From Paraspadella gotoi (Eukaryota; Animalia; Chaetognatha): a DNA stretch of 59,826 nt. The first letter of the stretch is position 1; every line of letters starts with the position of its first letter. The position numbers were made by a program, and so were the translations under genes. The stretch covers positions 106,407 to 166,232 of the forward strand of contig CM119267.1 of NCBI GenBank assembly GCA_051294375.1, given 5' to 3'. The notes below the pieces were generated by a model. The model saw nothing but the letters and a program-made list of their open reading frames with translations, had not been told where the DNA came from and made no database searches. Shown here one piece after another: positions 37,859 to 49,664 of the stretch.

Positions 37859-39653
37859 ATGTTTTTCTCTTCACCAAATTCTATTTGGCGTCAGTGGATT
37901 CGTCTCTTTGCTCTTAGTCTTGGCTTCACTTTTATCTTCACAAACTTCAGCGCATTGCAGAATTTGGAGAGTTCACTTTTCGAGTAAGAGATGTGAAAAA
38001 AAATTATGGTCTGTAATAATAATAATTATTAACAATTAAGTAAGTATTATGAAACATCTATAGAATCTTTTCAATAAAAACACAGGAGAAAAAAAAAGAA
38101 GGAAAAAAGCTTTCAAATTGTATTTAATAAATTCTTAGAGAGGTATTGCCGCTATGCGATATGTAGCTGTATCTAACTTTGACGTATTGATAAATAATAA
38201 AAATAAATTAATTAAAATAAATGATAATTTTTTTTCACAAAAGGCAACATCCCGACCCGAGTATCGGATCTAAAACGATCGCAATTCTTTACGCCTTCGC
38301 CACAGTTGGCAGCACCATGTCGCCCATGGTCCTTCAGGTGGCTCAGATAATAATTCTATTTTACGTTTTTTTACTTTCTCAAGACTTTGTAATGAAGTAA
38401 TGGAGTTAATTATCATTTCATTATTGCTTTCCTGTCATAGTTTATTATCATTTGATTATTGCTTTCCTGTCATAGTTATTCATCATTTTAATATTGTTAT
38501 CCTATCATAGAGTTTATTATCATTTGATTATTGATATTCTAATTTAGAGTTTATTATAATTTTAATATTGCTTTCATGTCATAGAGTTTATTGTCATTTT
38601 AATATTGTAGAGTTTATTATCATTTGCATATTCCACTCAGGTGGTTGGTACGAAATGGTGCCTCGTTTTGGGAACGATTGGCCACGCCCTCTTTACTGCC
38701 GCTCACTACTGCTCATCGTACGCCACTCTCTTCCCAGCTTCAGCATGGAGAGGATTTTCCACTGGTGAGTTTAAGCGTGGCAAGACGGACAGACGGACTG
38801 GAAAATGGCAAGACAAAAGGGACTGAAATAGACAGACAGACGCAGATAAACCGACCGATAGACTTTAATTGACTGACATACTTAAAGAGAGAGACATACC
38901 AAATAGTCAGATATTGTCAAATAGAGGTGAAGTGAATTTTAAAAAGAAATGATTTCATTTTAGAATTTAATAAACAATATTATTATATTTAAAAAATAGT
39001 TAATCTGTTTAAATAAAAAAAAACCTTTCATGCTTCCTGACTATTTCATTAATCGGTTAAGATCTCCAATTATCTTATTTCGTATCTAAAGACATAGCAA
39101 TAATGTGTTATTAATTATTTATTACAATAAACAATCACAATGATGTGTTATTAGTTATTTATTACAATAAACAATCCCAATGATGTGTTATTAGTTATTT
39201 ATTACAAAAACAATCACAATTATGTGTTATTAGTTATTTATTACAAAAACAATCACAATGATATGTTAGTTATTTATTACAATAAGCAATCAATGAATTA
39301 CATAAACAATCGCAGGTCTCGTGTGGACAGCGCAAGGAAAATCAGTGATGCATTTTGCTGAAGATTACGTGACTATGAAGTCGACGCAGCTTAACTATGT
39401 CGTCAGCCTTTTTAACGGAATCTTTTATTCTTGCTATTTATCGGCGCAAATTTGGGGCAACGCCATCAGTTCTTTCATTCTCAAGGTTAACCTTAATGAA
39501 TCTAATAATATTACTAAGAGGAAAGATAATAGAATAGCTAATTTGACTGTGACGAAGACTTGATTAAAAGCTTGCTGCCTAACTTTTAATAAATAAAAAA
39601 AATAATAAACTGCAAAAGTTTTTGGTTAGAATTAGAAAGAAGAAAGATGAAAG

Positions 39654-39694
<41 letters not shown>

Positions 39695-41626
39695 AAAAGA
39701 AAGAAACAAAGAGAGGGAGAGAAAGAGAGTAAGATTTAAACCAATAAACTTTCTCTCGTCCTTCAAGATAAACGCGAATGAAAATGACTCCAGCATCCGA
39801 GACGGTTTCACGTGTGGCGCCAATTTTTGTCCATCAAAAGTGGCCAAACCTGATCCAAACTTGGCCAATGACACCAAAGTTGTCAAGAATTCCTCATCAG
39901 TTTCTGCAACAGTTTGTGTCGTCCCAGATGCACAGGTACAGATTGATTCAGATGAAGTCGGTCGGGCACAGGCGTTTGTCGTAGCGTACCCTGAGAAGGT
40001 TGCGTGTTCGATTGTAGGGCTCGCCACATATGGCAACAGCCGGGTTGCGGCCCATTGGGATGGGCATCTCACTGTTGGCTTTGGGGGCTTCCGACCCTCA
40101 GTGACGCCTCCAGTCACTGGCGCGGTTACCCTAGGACGGTCTCGCTTTGCCAACGCAGAGGGAAGTCGTTAGGACTGTGGATGGAACACAACGCCTGGGA
40201 TGGTGTGTTCCCCCTCTGAGCCAATGGATTTGGCTGACAGGATGGTGGACGTGAGGCGGTGTGAATATACCGCCACAACGTTATGTTTCTCTCTTTTCGT
40301 TGCGTTCGCGAATTGGAAAAACAGTTTTTGGTGACAAACAACGATTTTAATTGACAGAATAGTTGACTAATTGTCGAATAATAATAAGCTCCAGCGAAAG
40401 TTTATAATGTAGAACATTTTTTAAACTGTCGCTGGAGCTTGGCTCTCATGGTCCCGATAGCCAATGATAACAGATGCAAATAATAACAGATGCAAATAAT
40501 AACAGATGCAAACTATAACAGATGCAAATAATGATAGGTGCAGATGGTCTTTGGCATCTTCCTCTGCTGCGTCGCCATCGGTTTTCTACTCTTTCTCTCT
40601 TTGCCAAATTTGTCTCGACTTTCCAAAGAACAAAGAGCCAAGTCGAATTGCAAGAGCGTTGCTATGGCGATGGTTGGAGGATTGGTCTTCACTGCCCAGG
40701 ATTTGAAGGTGAGGAAAGGAAAAAGAAAAGATACTTTTGATTCAATTATTTTCATCAAAATAGACGGAGAGAAAGGCATAAGGCTTATTTGACTTACATG
40801 TGAAATATTTAATATTTAATGAACTTAATTGTGATCTTAATAACGTTTTCTCCTTATTTGGCATTTCTCTTTAACATTGACGACCTCTTTGTCTTTTTCT
40901 CTCAAACTACTTGTCTGCTTTCACTGTTCCACTCTAATCTACTTTCACTTTCTCTTTCTTTTCCCCTCTCTCTTCATCTCCTCCCAGGCCTTCCTTCTCA
41001 CACCCCTCTTCTTCTACACGGGCTTTCAACAAGCGACCCTGATGGGCAACTTTAACCAAGCTTTCGTCACGTGCCGCTTCGGCATCCAAACCGTCGGCTT
41101 CGTGATGTTGACCTATGGCGTTTGCGACACGGTGGCGTCGGTGATCGCCGGCCGATTGGCTAAATTCGCTGGCCAATCAGGGATTCTCCTGGTCGGAATT
41201 GTCATACAGGCGACTCTCCTTCTATTGATGCAGTTCAAAACCCCTTCCTCGTCCGAACTCTGGCTTCTCCATTTAATCTCCGGTCTTTGGGGAGTCGCCG
41301 ATGCTTGCTGGCACACCCAAACCGCCGCCATGGTAGGCCTCCTCTTCTCCGTCCGACAGGAGATGGCATTTGCCAGTTTCAAGCTCTGGCAAAATGCCGG
41401 ATTCGGTACCGCGTTTGGGATTTCGCCTGCGCTGTGTACTGGGGTCAGTCTGTGGATCGGGCTGGCGTTGTTAGCGTTGTCGTCCGCAGGGTTGACTGCG
41501 GTGGAGATTTTAAAAAGGAGGAAGAAGAAGATGGTTCTTCCAGAGGAGAACGAAAATAGAGGAAAGGAGAACGAAAATAGGGGAAAGAAGATCGAACAGA
41601 CAAAAGTAGAGATACAAGATGCATAG
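37859..41626 (+). CDS. UNC93A: UNC-93A-like MFS protein; exons 37859-37983, 38244-38337, 38641-38764, 39316-39485, 39768-39935, ~40538-40708, 40988-41626 (possible extra 5' exon near 37229-37298)
   Basis: Motifs SLGFTFIFTNFSALQNLESSL, GTKWCLV, LVWTAQG, FNGIFYSCYLSAQIWGNAISS, CGANFCP, FYTGFQQATLMGNFNQAFVTC, LWGVADACWHTQ and AFASFKLWQNAGF match the UNC-93 family in order. Splice phases are compatible. Confidence 0.9.
38400..38630. repeat. Intronic ~35-38-bp minisatellite
   Basis: Repeating TTTCCTGTCATAG(AG)TTTATTATCATTT units. Confidence 0.8.
39095..39310. repeat. Intronic ~37-bp minisatellite
   Basis: Repeating CAATGATGTGTTATTAGTTATTTATTACAATAAACAATCA units. Confidence 0.85.
39940..40277 (-). 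mobile_element. LTR (40029-40277) with adjacent putative primer-binding site, in an UNC93A intron
   Basis: Near-identical to 42818-43069. The minus strand reads TGTGGC...GCCATA, then tg-TGGCGAGCC. Confidence 0.6.
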
Positions 41627-42817
41627 ACTCGTAAAAAGCATCATTGTATTATTGGTGTACATTGAACGTTACTATTTATTAATCATATGATATTTAAACC
41701 TTTTTAGTATTTGTTATTATAATTTGTGTATGTTAGTTTTAAATTTTTTTTATTTTCTCTCGCTTTGGAGAAAAGTCTTTATTTACTCTTTGTTGCAAAG
41801 TCCTTTAAATGTATTTTAAATGCCATTTGTTTTTTATTATTAAGCGTGAAAATATAATTTTTAAATTTTAGCCTAATTGTATGAGGATAAGGCGCGAGGA
41901 AGGCTGAAGACTACTATCCGTAACTTCTATGCCCCCTCAGCAGCCATGGAAAGGGTCCTGGGTTTGGAACCAGGCTTGAGAGTTTTCCATGACCCCAAGG
42001 CGGTTTTCGGCCGTCCTCACGCTTCCCGCAGGGTAGGTACCATTGGGGATCGATCCAGGTAACTAATGACTGACGGCTTTACTCAATAAGCCACTGGGTC
42101 ACGACTGAAAAATTCATATTGATTATTATTCGGTTCATGTCACGACTACAAAATATAACCATCATCATTCCGTAAAATATTTTTAAATGAAGGAAATGTC
42201 ACTCAAAATACATTCGTAGTATTTTCTACTTTTTAGTTGCGCCGCGAGTACTCGAGGATCAACTCCATAAGTCACTGATCGATCGGTCTGTCGGTCGGTC
42301 TGTCTCTCTGTCCGTCAGTCCGTCCCACTTCCGGCAAATCGCTCATAGTTTGATGCTCATTTGTTAAGACAGGAAAAAACCTCAAATCTAAGTTACTACT
42401 AGCGCCGCTTTTTATTTTTAAAAGAAATCTCATACTAACTATGAAAAAATAAAAGTCGTTATTCCAAAATCATTGTTGAAAATAAACGGAAATACACTGC
42501 GGCGCAACACATTGGATGGACCGATCTTATTTCTTTCTCATTCTGTTGACGTCATTCGTTCTTGTCGTCGTNNNNNNNNNNGTCGTCGTCGGGTTCGTCT
42601 TAAGCGTAAGTGTCATCAAAAGTCGTCAAACGAGTCGTCTGAGGCGACTTACCTCCTGTCTCACATCTCTAAAAACATTTTAATAAATGTCGAGGAAATT
42701 TCTTGCTCAACTTTTTTTTCGTGGGGGCGAAAATGAGCGAGTAAAATTGGGTGAAGCCGGATACGGATTTTTTTTTGGAGATTTTCATTAATTTTACTGG
42801 AAACTTTAATAGGATAA

Positions 42818-43069
42818 TATGGCAACAGCCGGGTTGCCTGTGAGGCCCATTGGTGGGCATCTCACTGTTGGCTTTGGGGGCTTCCGACCCTCAGTGACGC
42901 CTCCAGTCACTGGCGCGGTTACCCTAGGACGGTCTCGCTTTGCCAACGCAGAGGGAAGTCGTTAGGACTGTGGATGGAACACTACGCCTGGGATGGTGTG
43001 TTCCCCCTCTGAGCCAATGGATTTGGCTGACAGATGGTGGACGTGAGGCGGTGTGAATATACCACCACA
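42818..43069 (-). mobile_element. Solo LTR with a 4-bp target-site duplication (ATAA)
   Basis: ATAA at 42814-42817 and 43070-43073, short inverted termini and a second copy at 40029-40277. Confidence 0.65.
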
Positions 43070-43176
43070 ATAATTTATATATTGTTGAGGACTTCTCTCG
43101 TCCAAGCTGAAACGTCCTATCAGTTAGCAGGTGTCTGGTTAAATATCGGTATATAACCTCGCCTATGGAAAGAGGT

Positions 43177-43213
<37 letters not shown>

Positions 43214-44115
43214 CTGAAGGCTCAAAATCTCTCCCATCTCTCCCATCGAGAAATCTCACGTGACGCAAAAAGGAAAAAAAAAAACTCTGGTCTGTAATTA
43301 AGTGATTCTTTTTCTTCGCCCTTTTCAAGTTTCTTGTTCTTTATGACAATACGTATTAGTGCAATGAGACTCGGAAGCTCCGACTGTCTTTACTAAATCT
43401 TTTTATTTACTTAGTTATTAAGTAAAATACTTAAATCATACGATAATTAACAGGTGTGACAAACGCTTCAGACTTTTCAATGAAACAGTTTATATCTCGA
43501 AAATAAAATAACTCAATCCTTCTATCAATTAACAAACAACATAGAAACCCTTTTAATTTCGATGTACTCCGGGGAAGCAAGTACCTAAAGCCTTAAGGGG
43601 ACCCAGTGACGGGGGGGTCAACGGTTGATATAAAATTTGGTCCCTTAAACTGCACTGGTTACATGTATTCGATTCATTTTTCTCTGGTCAACGGGAAATT
43701 AGTTAAAAAAAATTGAAGTTGGTCAGATTTTTGTTTAAAAGTTCGGTAAGAATGAAATCTTCCTAGTATTTTAGATTTTTTTATACAAAAGATAGCATCG
43801 CAGGAGTATCAAGCCACCAAAAGCAAATCGAATCCGAGGCTCGGGCGATCTCCGCGGAAATGGAATCGCCGAATCCTGATTGGTCAAGCATAGAACCTGA
43901 ATCGACCAATCAGCTTGCAGAATCATTGAAACTGTAAATTTTACCCACGTTGCCGATCCTCTTCCTTAGATATAAATAGACTTAGCTTGTTTTAGTTTCA
44001 GTAGAAAAAAAAAATTGATCAAGACTCCTGCGCGCGTCTCACCGTCACCTTTATTCTTCAGAATAAAACTTACCTTGATTTCGTCCATAGAAATCCATGA
44101 GTTTTAACTTAAATG

Positions 44116-44162
44116 TGGTGGCAGCGGTGGGATTCGAACCCACGCCTCCGAAGAGACTGGTG
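44116..44162 (-). pseudogene. 3'-half tRNA-Leu (AAG/TAG type) retrocopy with CCA
   Basis: The minus strand CACCAGTCTCTTCGGAGGCGTGGGTTCGAATCCCACCGCTGCCA-CCA covers the 3' anticodon stem, long variable arm, T arm, acceptor strand and CCA. The 5' half is absent. Confidence 0.9.
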
Positions 44163-44476
44163 ATATTGATATATTGAGATATTGAGATATATATTGAGAT
44201 ATTGTTTTAGAAAGTTTTTTTTTTTTTATTAATAGTTAATCATTGTCACCGTCAGCCAATAGAAAAAGATTGTCAACATGAGATTGGAAGGGTTCTTTGA
44301 ATCATTTTTGACTATCGTTTGCGTTAGGGAGTCATATCTGACGGTTTTAGTGTGGAAATTGCTTTTACGTGAGTTACTGATTGATTGATTGCTAGATTTG
44401 GATTTAGTTTAAGGCCAAGACGAAGACAATAAAAAAATTAACAATGAAGAAGACAACGATGAAGATATGGAAGACG

Positions 44477-44533
<57 letters not shown>

Positions 44534-44639
44534 ATGAAACTGACTGTTTTATGTTTATTTTTGTTATTTAATAATTATTTAATTGTTATAAACCGACGTC
44601 GAAATAAACCAAAAGTACGGATTAATAATTAAATCATTG

Positions 44640-45200
44640 TGATTGTGATTATTACGACTAAAATTACAAAAATGACGAGGAACAAAACCACAAAGACGAC
44701 GACAACAATGACGAACATAAACCGACGAAGAAAACGACGAAGAAGATGAAGAAGAGAACGTCAAAGAGGACGACAAGAACCGACGACAAAAAGGAAGAAA
44801 ACGACATAAACGATGGGGAAGACAACAACAAAAACTACGGCAACAACGAGGATGACAACAACAACGACAACGAAAACGACAGTGAAGACGAACACAAAAC
44901 TGACAATGAAAACGACGACGAAAACGAAGAAGAAGACGACAAAAACGACGACGAAGACGACAACGAAAACGACAACAACAAGAAGACGAGAACAAAATTG
45001 ACAACAACGACAACGAAAACGACAGTGAAGACAATACAAAACGACGACGAAAAAGACGACGAAAACGACCACGACAAAAACGACGAAAACGACGGCGAAG
45101 AAGACAACGACAACGACGACAAAAACGACGACAAAAACGACGACGAAAACGACGACAAAAACGACAATGAGGAAAAATCTAAACGGATATTAAAGATGAC
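44640..45200. repeat. Degenerate (GAC/AAC/GAA)n low-complexity tract
   Basis: Directly visible and open in several frames on both strands. Confidence 0.8.
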
Positions 45201-46272
45201 AAAAATTTGGACGATTACGAACAGACAAAAGTTAGATGCATAGATTTTCGATGACGATTATTGGGAAGAAAAACAATTTGATTTGTTTTTGTTTTTTTAC
45301 AACGAATTATAATGAGCTTTAATGGACATGTTTTGACTCTGTATTTAAAAGTACTGATGAGTCGAAAATGTCTATTAAAGCTCGTTATAATTCGTTGTAA
45401 AAAACAAATCAAATTGTTTTTCTTCCTAATCTCAAAAGCAACGAAATCGAAAGTCTATACACAATGTCGATGATGATTAAAATTTTAATATTAAAACTGC
45501 TTCCAAAATTGTTGAGGATATATTACGGTGACTATGATTGGAGGGCAAATAATTGTGACCGCAAGGGGACATTGTTGTTTGGTGCTGACCCAAGCGGCGG
45601 CGCAACGAAGCCCTCTGTATAACCTGCCACAAGGATAGTCATTGACGAACGGCACAGTTTACGACGAAGACAACTATCTTAGTATGAATCTATAAAAGAA
45701 TAGAATTTCAAATGATCACGTGGTATCTCGCTCCGCGCTGAGAAGAAAATCCGAAAGAACGAAGCGGTTTCTGATAATTTTAGTTCCGAGCAATTTTTGC
45801 ACCATGGATGATTTCTGAAACTGCAGTGTTTGGGCTATCCAATGCCGCCGGAACAAAGAAAATCCATAAAGGTCTTGACTAAAAAATACTGAAAATAAAC
45901 ATGGCGCTTAGTCTTATTTCATATTTTTTTTTATTTTGCGGTATTTATTGTATAAATAAATAAATACACAGCGGTCATGCACTGATTCCGATTTTGTTGG
46001 GTTTAGCCTATCTTTCAAGCACACAACAATATATATATCTTATATCTTATATCCACTTTGGTTTCATGTTAAAATCCCTGTCTACTTACTTAAAATTAAT
46101 GAGTTTAATTAAACTTAAATAAATTTGATCAACGTAAAGCCAATTAAAGTTAATTAAAGTTAATCGAAACCCAACAGCGCCATCGCACTCTCCCTCAACG
46201 CATAATCTCTTTCCCTATCTCCATGGAAACGAACAACGATCAATAACAGTGGCGATAAAAAAAAAATCGTTG

Positions 46273-46310
<38 letters not shown>

Positions 46311-46372
46311 TTCGGATTTTTTTTTCTTTTTTTTTTCCCCCCGATTTTTCCTTCTTTTTTTGTGATTGAGAA

Positions 46373-47686
46373 ATGAAGAAAATCGCGATCGTCGCTCCCC
46401 TCGTCGTCGTTATCATCGTCGTCGTTTTCATCGTCGTCGGCGATGCGGCAAACCCGAGAAAAGTAAGGACTGACCTGAGATAGAGAGGGGGGGTCAAAGG
46501 GTAAGGTAAAGTCCGTTTCTTAACTTCCAATCGTTCAATCCGTCGGAGGATCGAGCCGCTGACGCTGCCGACGCAAAGACGGTTATTGCCGACGCAAAGA
46601 CGGTTATTGCCGACGCTGAGACTGACGTCGCCAAGACTTTCATCCCAGATGGCACTCGCGTCGCAACTTACAACCTGCGACGCATTTTCAAAAACAAAGT
46701 GAGATTTAATGAAAATGAGGCTCTCTTTTCTGAAAGCGCCCAATTCACGAACTTAAATTTAATATTGATATTTTACTATAAAAGTTTATTATATTAATAA
46801 GCTATTAGATAAAAAAATTCACATGGGAGTACAGGTAAATTATTTAATTCGTGACCAATATTTCGATCCATTGGACAGATCATCTTCAGGGTCACGGTAC
46901 ATGCGATGACTTTCAAAGAATTAATAAGCTAATCCTTAATATTAATCCAAAACCCTAATCCTTAATCTCTAACCTTAATCACTAACCTAATCCTTAATTC
47001 TAATCCTAAACCCTAATTCTTAATCTCTAACCTTAATCACTAACCTAATCTTTAACCCTAATTTTTAATCTAAACCTTATGATGGATTAAAATCCACCAA
47101 CCGTTCATCAGCGGCCAATGGTGCAGGAAGCCAGTCATTCGTTTCTTAAACCAAAGGTCCAGGGTTCGAGCCCTGTGGTTGTTTAATAGTNNNNNNNNNN
47201 GCGGCCATTGGTGCAGAAAGCCAGTCATTCGCTTCTTAAACCAAAGGTCCAGGGTTCGAGCCCCGTGGTTGTTTAATAGTTACGACTTACGAGGTATGGG
47301 GCGTTTAACCCCGTTTGTAATACGGTGTTACAACCTGATCCGAAGTTCAGGGACTGCTTATATTGAATAGTTCTGTTACTGACTCATATTAATTATTACT
47401 ATCTTTTCGACCTTAACTTAATCCCTAACCTTAATTTTTGACTTAATATTTAAACCTCAAAATTAACTTGATTCCGAATTTAAGATAAAATTGGGTATTT
47501 TGGGAAAAGAAGGCCGAGAAGGGCTTTGCTAGCAAATGACGATAACTTGAATCGAACTCATCGCAAAAATAACTTTTACAGTTTTCAACTTGCATCTCAA
47601 GACATTGCGAGGCTCAGCACCAATGCACGGGCCTTTGTCATTGTGACTTTATAACCTACACTTGCAAGTCGATTGAAGAAAGTTAA
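46373..47686 (+). CDS. Secreted knottin/toxin-like peptide precursor, 114 aa; exons 46373-46462, 46549-46698, 47582-47686
   Basis: Three phase-0 exons give MKKIAIVAPLVVVIIVVVFIVVGDAANPRK | DRAADAADAKTVIADAKTVIADAETDVAKTFIPDGTRVATYNLRRIFKNK | FSTCISRHCEAQHQCTGLCHCDFITYTCKSIEES*. The exon 2 acceptor is an atypical GAG. Confidence 0.7.
47110..47275 (+). mobile_element. tRNA-derived SINE head, repeated across the N gap
   Basis: GCGGCCAATGGTGCAGG..GGTCCAGGGTTCGAGCCC contains a B-box. Also present at ~53770-53840. Confidence 0.55.
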
Positions 47687-49664
47687 GCAAGCATTCAGTT
47701 GAGCCAAGCATTCAGTTGATGACAACCATTTCGGTGAGGGGGCGATTTGGCGATTGTAACCCACATTATTCCTGATTCACGCCAATGATGAAACAATTAT
47801 TTTTTTTTTAAGTTTATGTAAATTATTTAAAAAATGAAAATTGATTAAATATTTTTTTTTTGAATGAGTTTAGTTTTTGATTTGGGAAGCTTTTTACTTC
47901 ACAACACAATCAGTGAGAAAAGGCCGATTACAATAATGTTTGACTACAAATTAAATGATTAACGAAAGTTGAATTTGCTATACCATTCAACTTTATAGAT
48001 AGGCAGGTTACCAGTCGTTTTTAAAGGTATGTAAATATTTTTTCATTTACTGATAGGAAATGTCAATATTGTTGATACAGCATTTCAAATCAATCGAACC
48101 AAAAAGCTGATTTTCCAGGTCCAATTTTTAAAACAAATCTGCGTTGGTTAAATTTTTCCCAGAAAACGACTTTTTTCTGTAAAAAGATCATTTGTAACTC
48201 TATCTGTGCTTTTTAAAAAATAACAGAAAACGATTCTTTCATTGTAACAGTAAATGAAAATCTAAAAATCCAGCAAACGCAAACATGATTGTTCTCACCG
48301 CAATGTCAAAGAGCGTTTAAACAAAAAAACAGACTCGATAACAAACGACTTTTCTAAATAGTAAAGTTGTATCAAAAAGGTTAAACCAGTTCATATAAAA
48401 CCGAGACGAGCAAAACGACAAATGAGGAAACATCTAAGGCACTATGGAACGGCAGACGAAATATTTCCAAGACAAGAGATAGAACCAAAAAACTAATTTA
48501 AATGAGACAGCGAAGTTAAACGACAGACAAAGTTTTAGACTGCTAGATTTTCGATGACGATTATTGGGAAGAAAAACAATTTGATTTGTTTTTGTTTTTT
48601 CAACGAATTATACAATGAGCTTTAATGGACATGTTTTGACTCTGTATTTAAAAGTACTGATGAGTCGAAAATGTCTAATTAAGCCTCGTTATAATTCGTT
48701 GTAAAAAACAAATTTTCAAATTGTTTTTCTTCCTATCTCAAAAGCAACGAAATCGAAGTCTATACACAATGTCGATGATGATTAAATTTTAATATTAAAA
48801 CTGCTCGCAAAATTGTTGAGGATATATTACGGTGACTATGATATGGAGGGCAAATAATTGTGACCGCAAGGGACATTGTTGTTTGGTGTGACCCAAGCGG
48901 CGGGCAACGAGCTCTGTATACCTGCCACAAGGATGTCATTGACGAACGGCCATTACGACGAAGACAACTTCTTAGTATGAATCTATAAAAATAGAATTTC
49001 AAATGATCACGTGGTATCTCGCTCCGCGCTGAGAAGAAAATCCGAAAGAACGAAGCGGTTTTCTGATAATTTTAGTTCCGAGCAATTTTTGCACCATGCG
49101 ATGATTATCTGAACTGCAGTGTTTGGGCTATCCAATGCCGCCGGAACAAAGAAAATCCATAAAGGTCTTGACTAAAAAATACTGAAAAATAAACATGGCG
49201 CTTAGTCTTATTTCATATTTTTTTTTTATTTTGCGGTATTTATTGTATAATAAATAAATACACAGCGGTCATGCACTGATTCCGATTTTGTTGGTTAGCC
49301 CTATCTTTCTAAGCACACAACAATATATATATCTTATATCTTATATCCACTTTGGTTTCAGTTTTAAAATCCCTGTCTACTTACTTAAAATTATATGAGT
49401 TTAATTAAACTTAATGAATTTGATCAACGTAAAGCCAATTAAGTTAATTAAAGTTAATTCGAAACCCAACAGCGCCATCGCACTCTCCCTCAAGCATAAT
49501 CTCTTTCCCTATCTCCATGGAATACCGAAACAACGATCAATAACAGTGGCGATAAAAAAAAAAAATCGTTGAAGAAACTTTTTTTTTTTTTTTTTAAAAA
49601 TTCGGAATTTTTTTTTCTTTTTTTTTTCCCCCCGATTTTTCCTTCTTTTTTTTGTGATTGAGAA

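Noticed and set aside
39632-40341. ORFs and a possible ribozyme in the GC-rich intronic segment
   Set aside because: The ORFs cross exon, microsatellite and LTR boundaries. I found no hammerhead or HDV core, and the LTR interpretation fits better.
44746-45243. Asp/Asn/Glu-rich acidic (biomineralisation-type) protein
   Set aside because: No signal peptide or splice context. The frame switches between Thr/Lys-rich and Asp-rich, as expected for a degenerate triplet repeat.
47110-47275. Functional tRNA genes
   Set aside because: The cloverleaf pairing is poor and the diverged copies are dispersed, so they fit SINE heads better.
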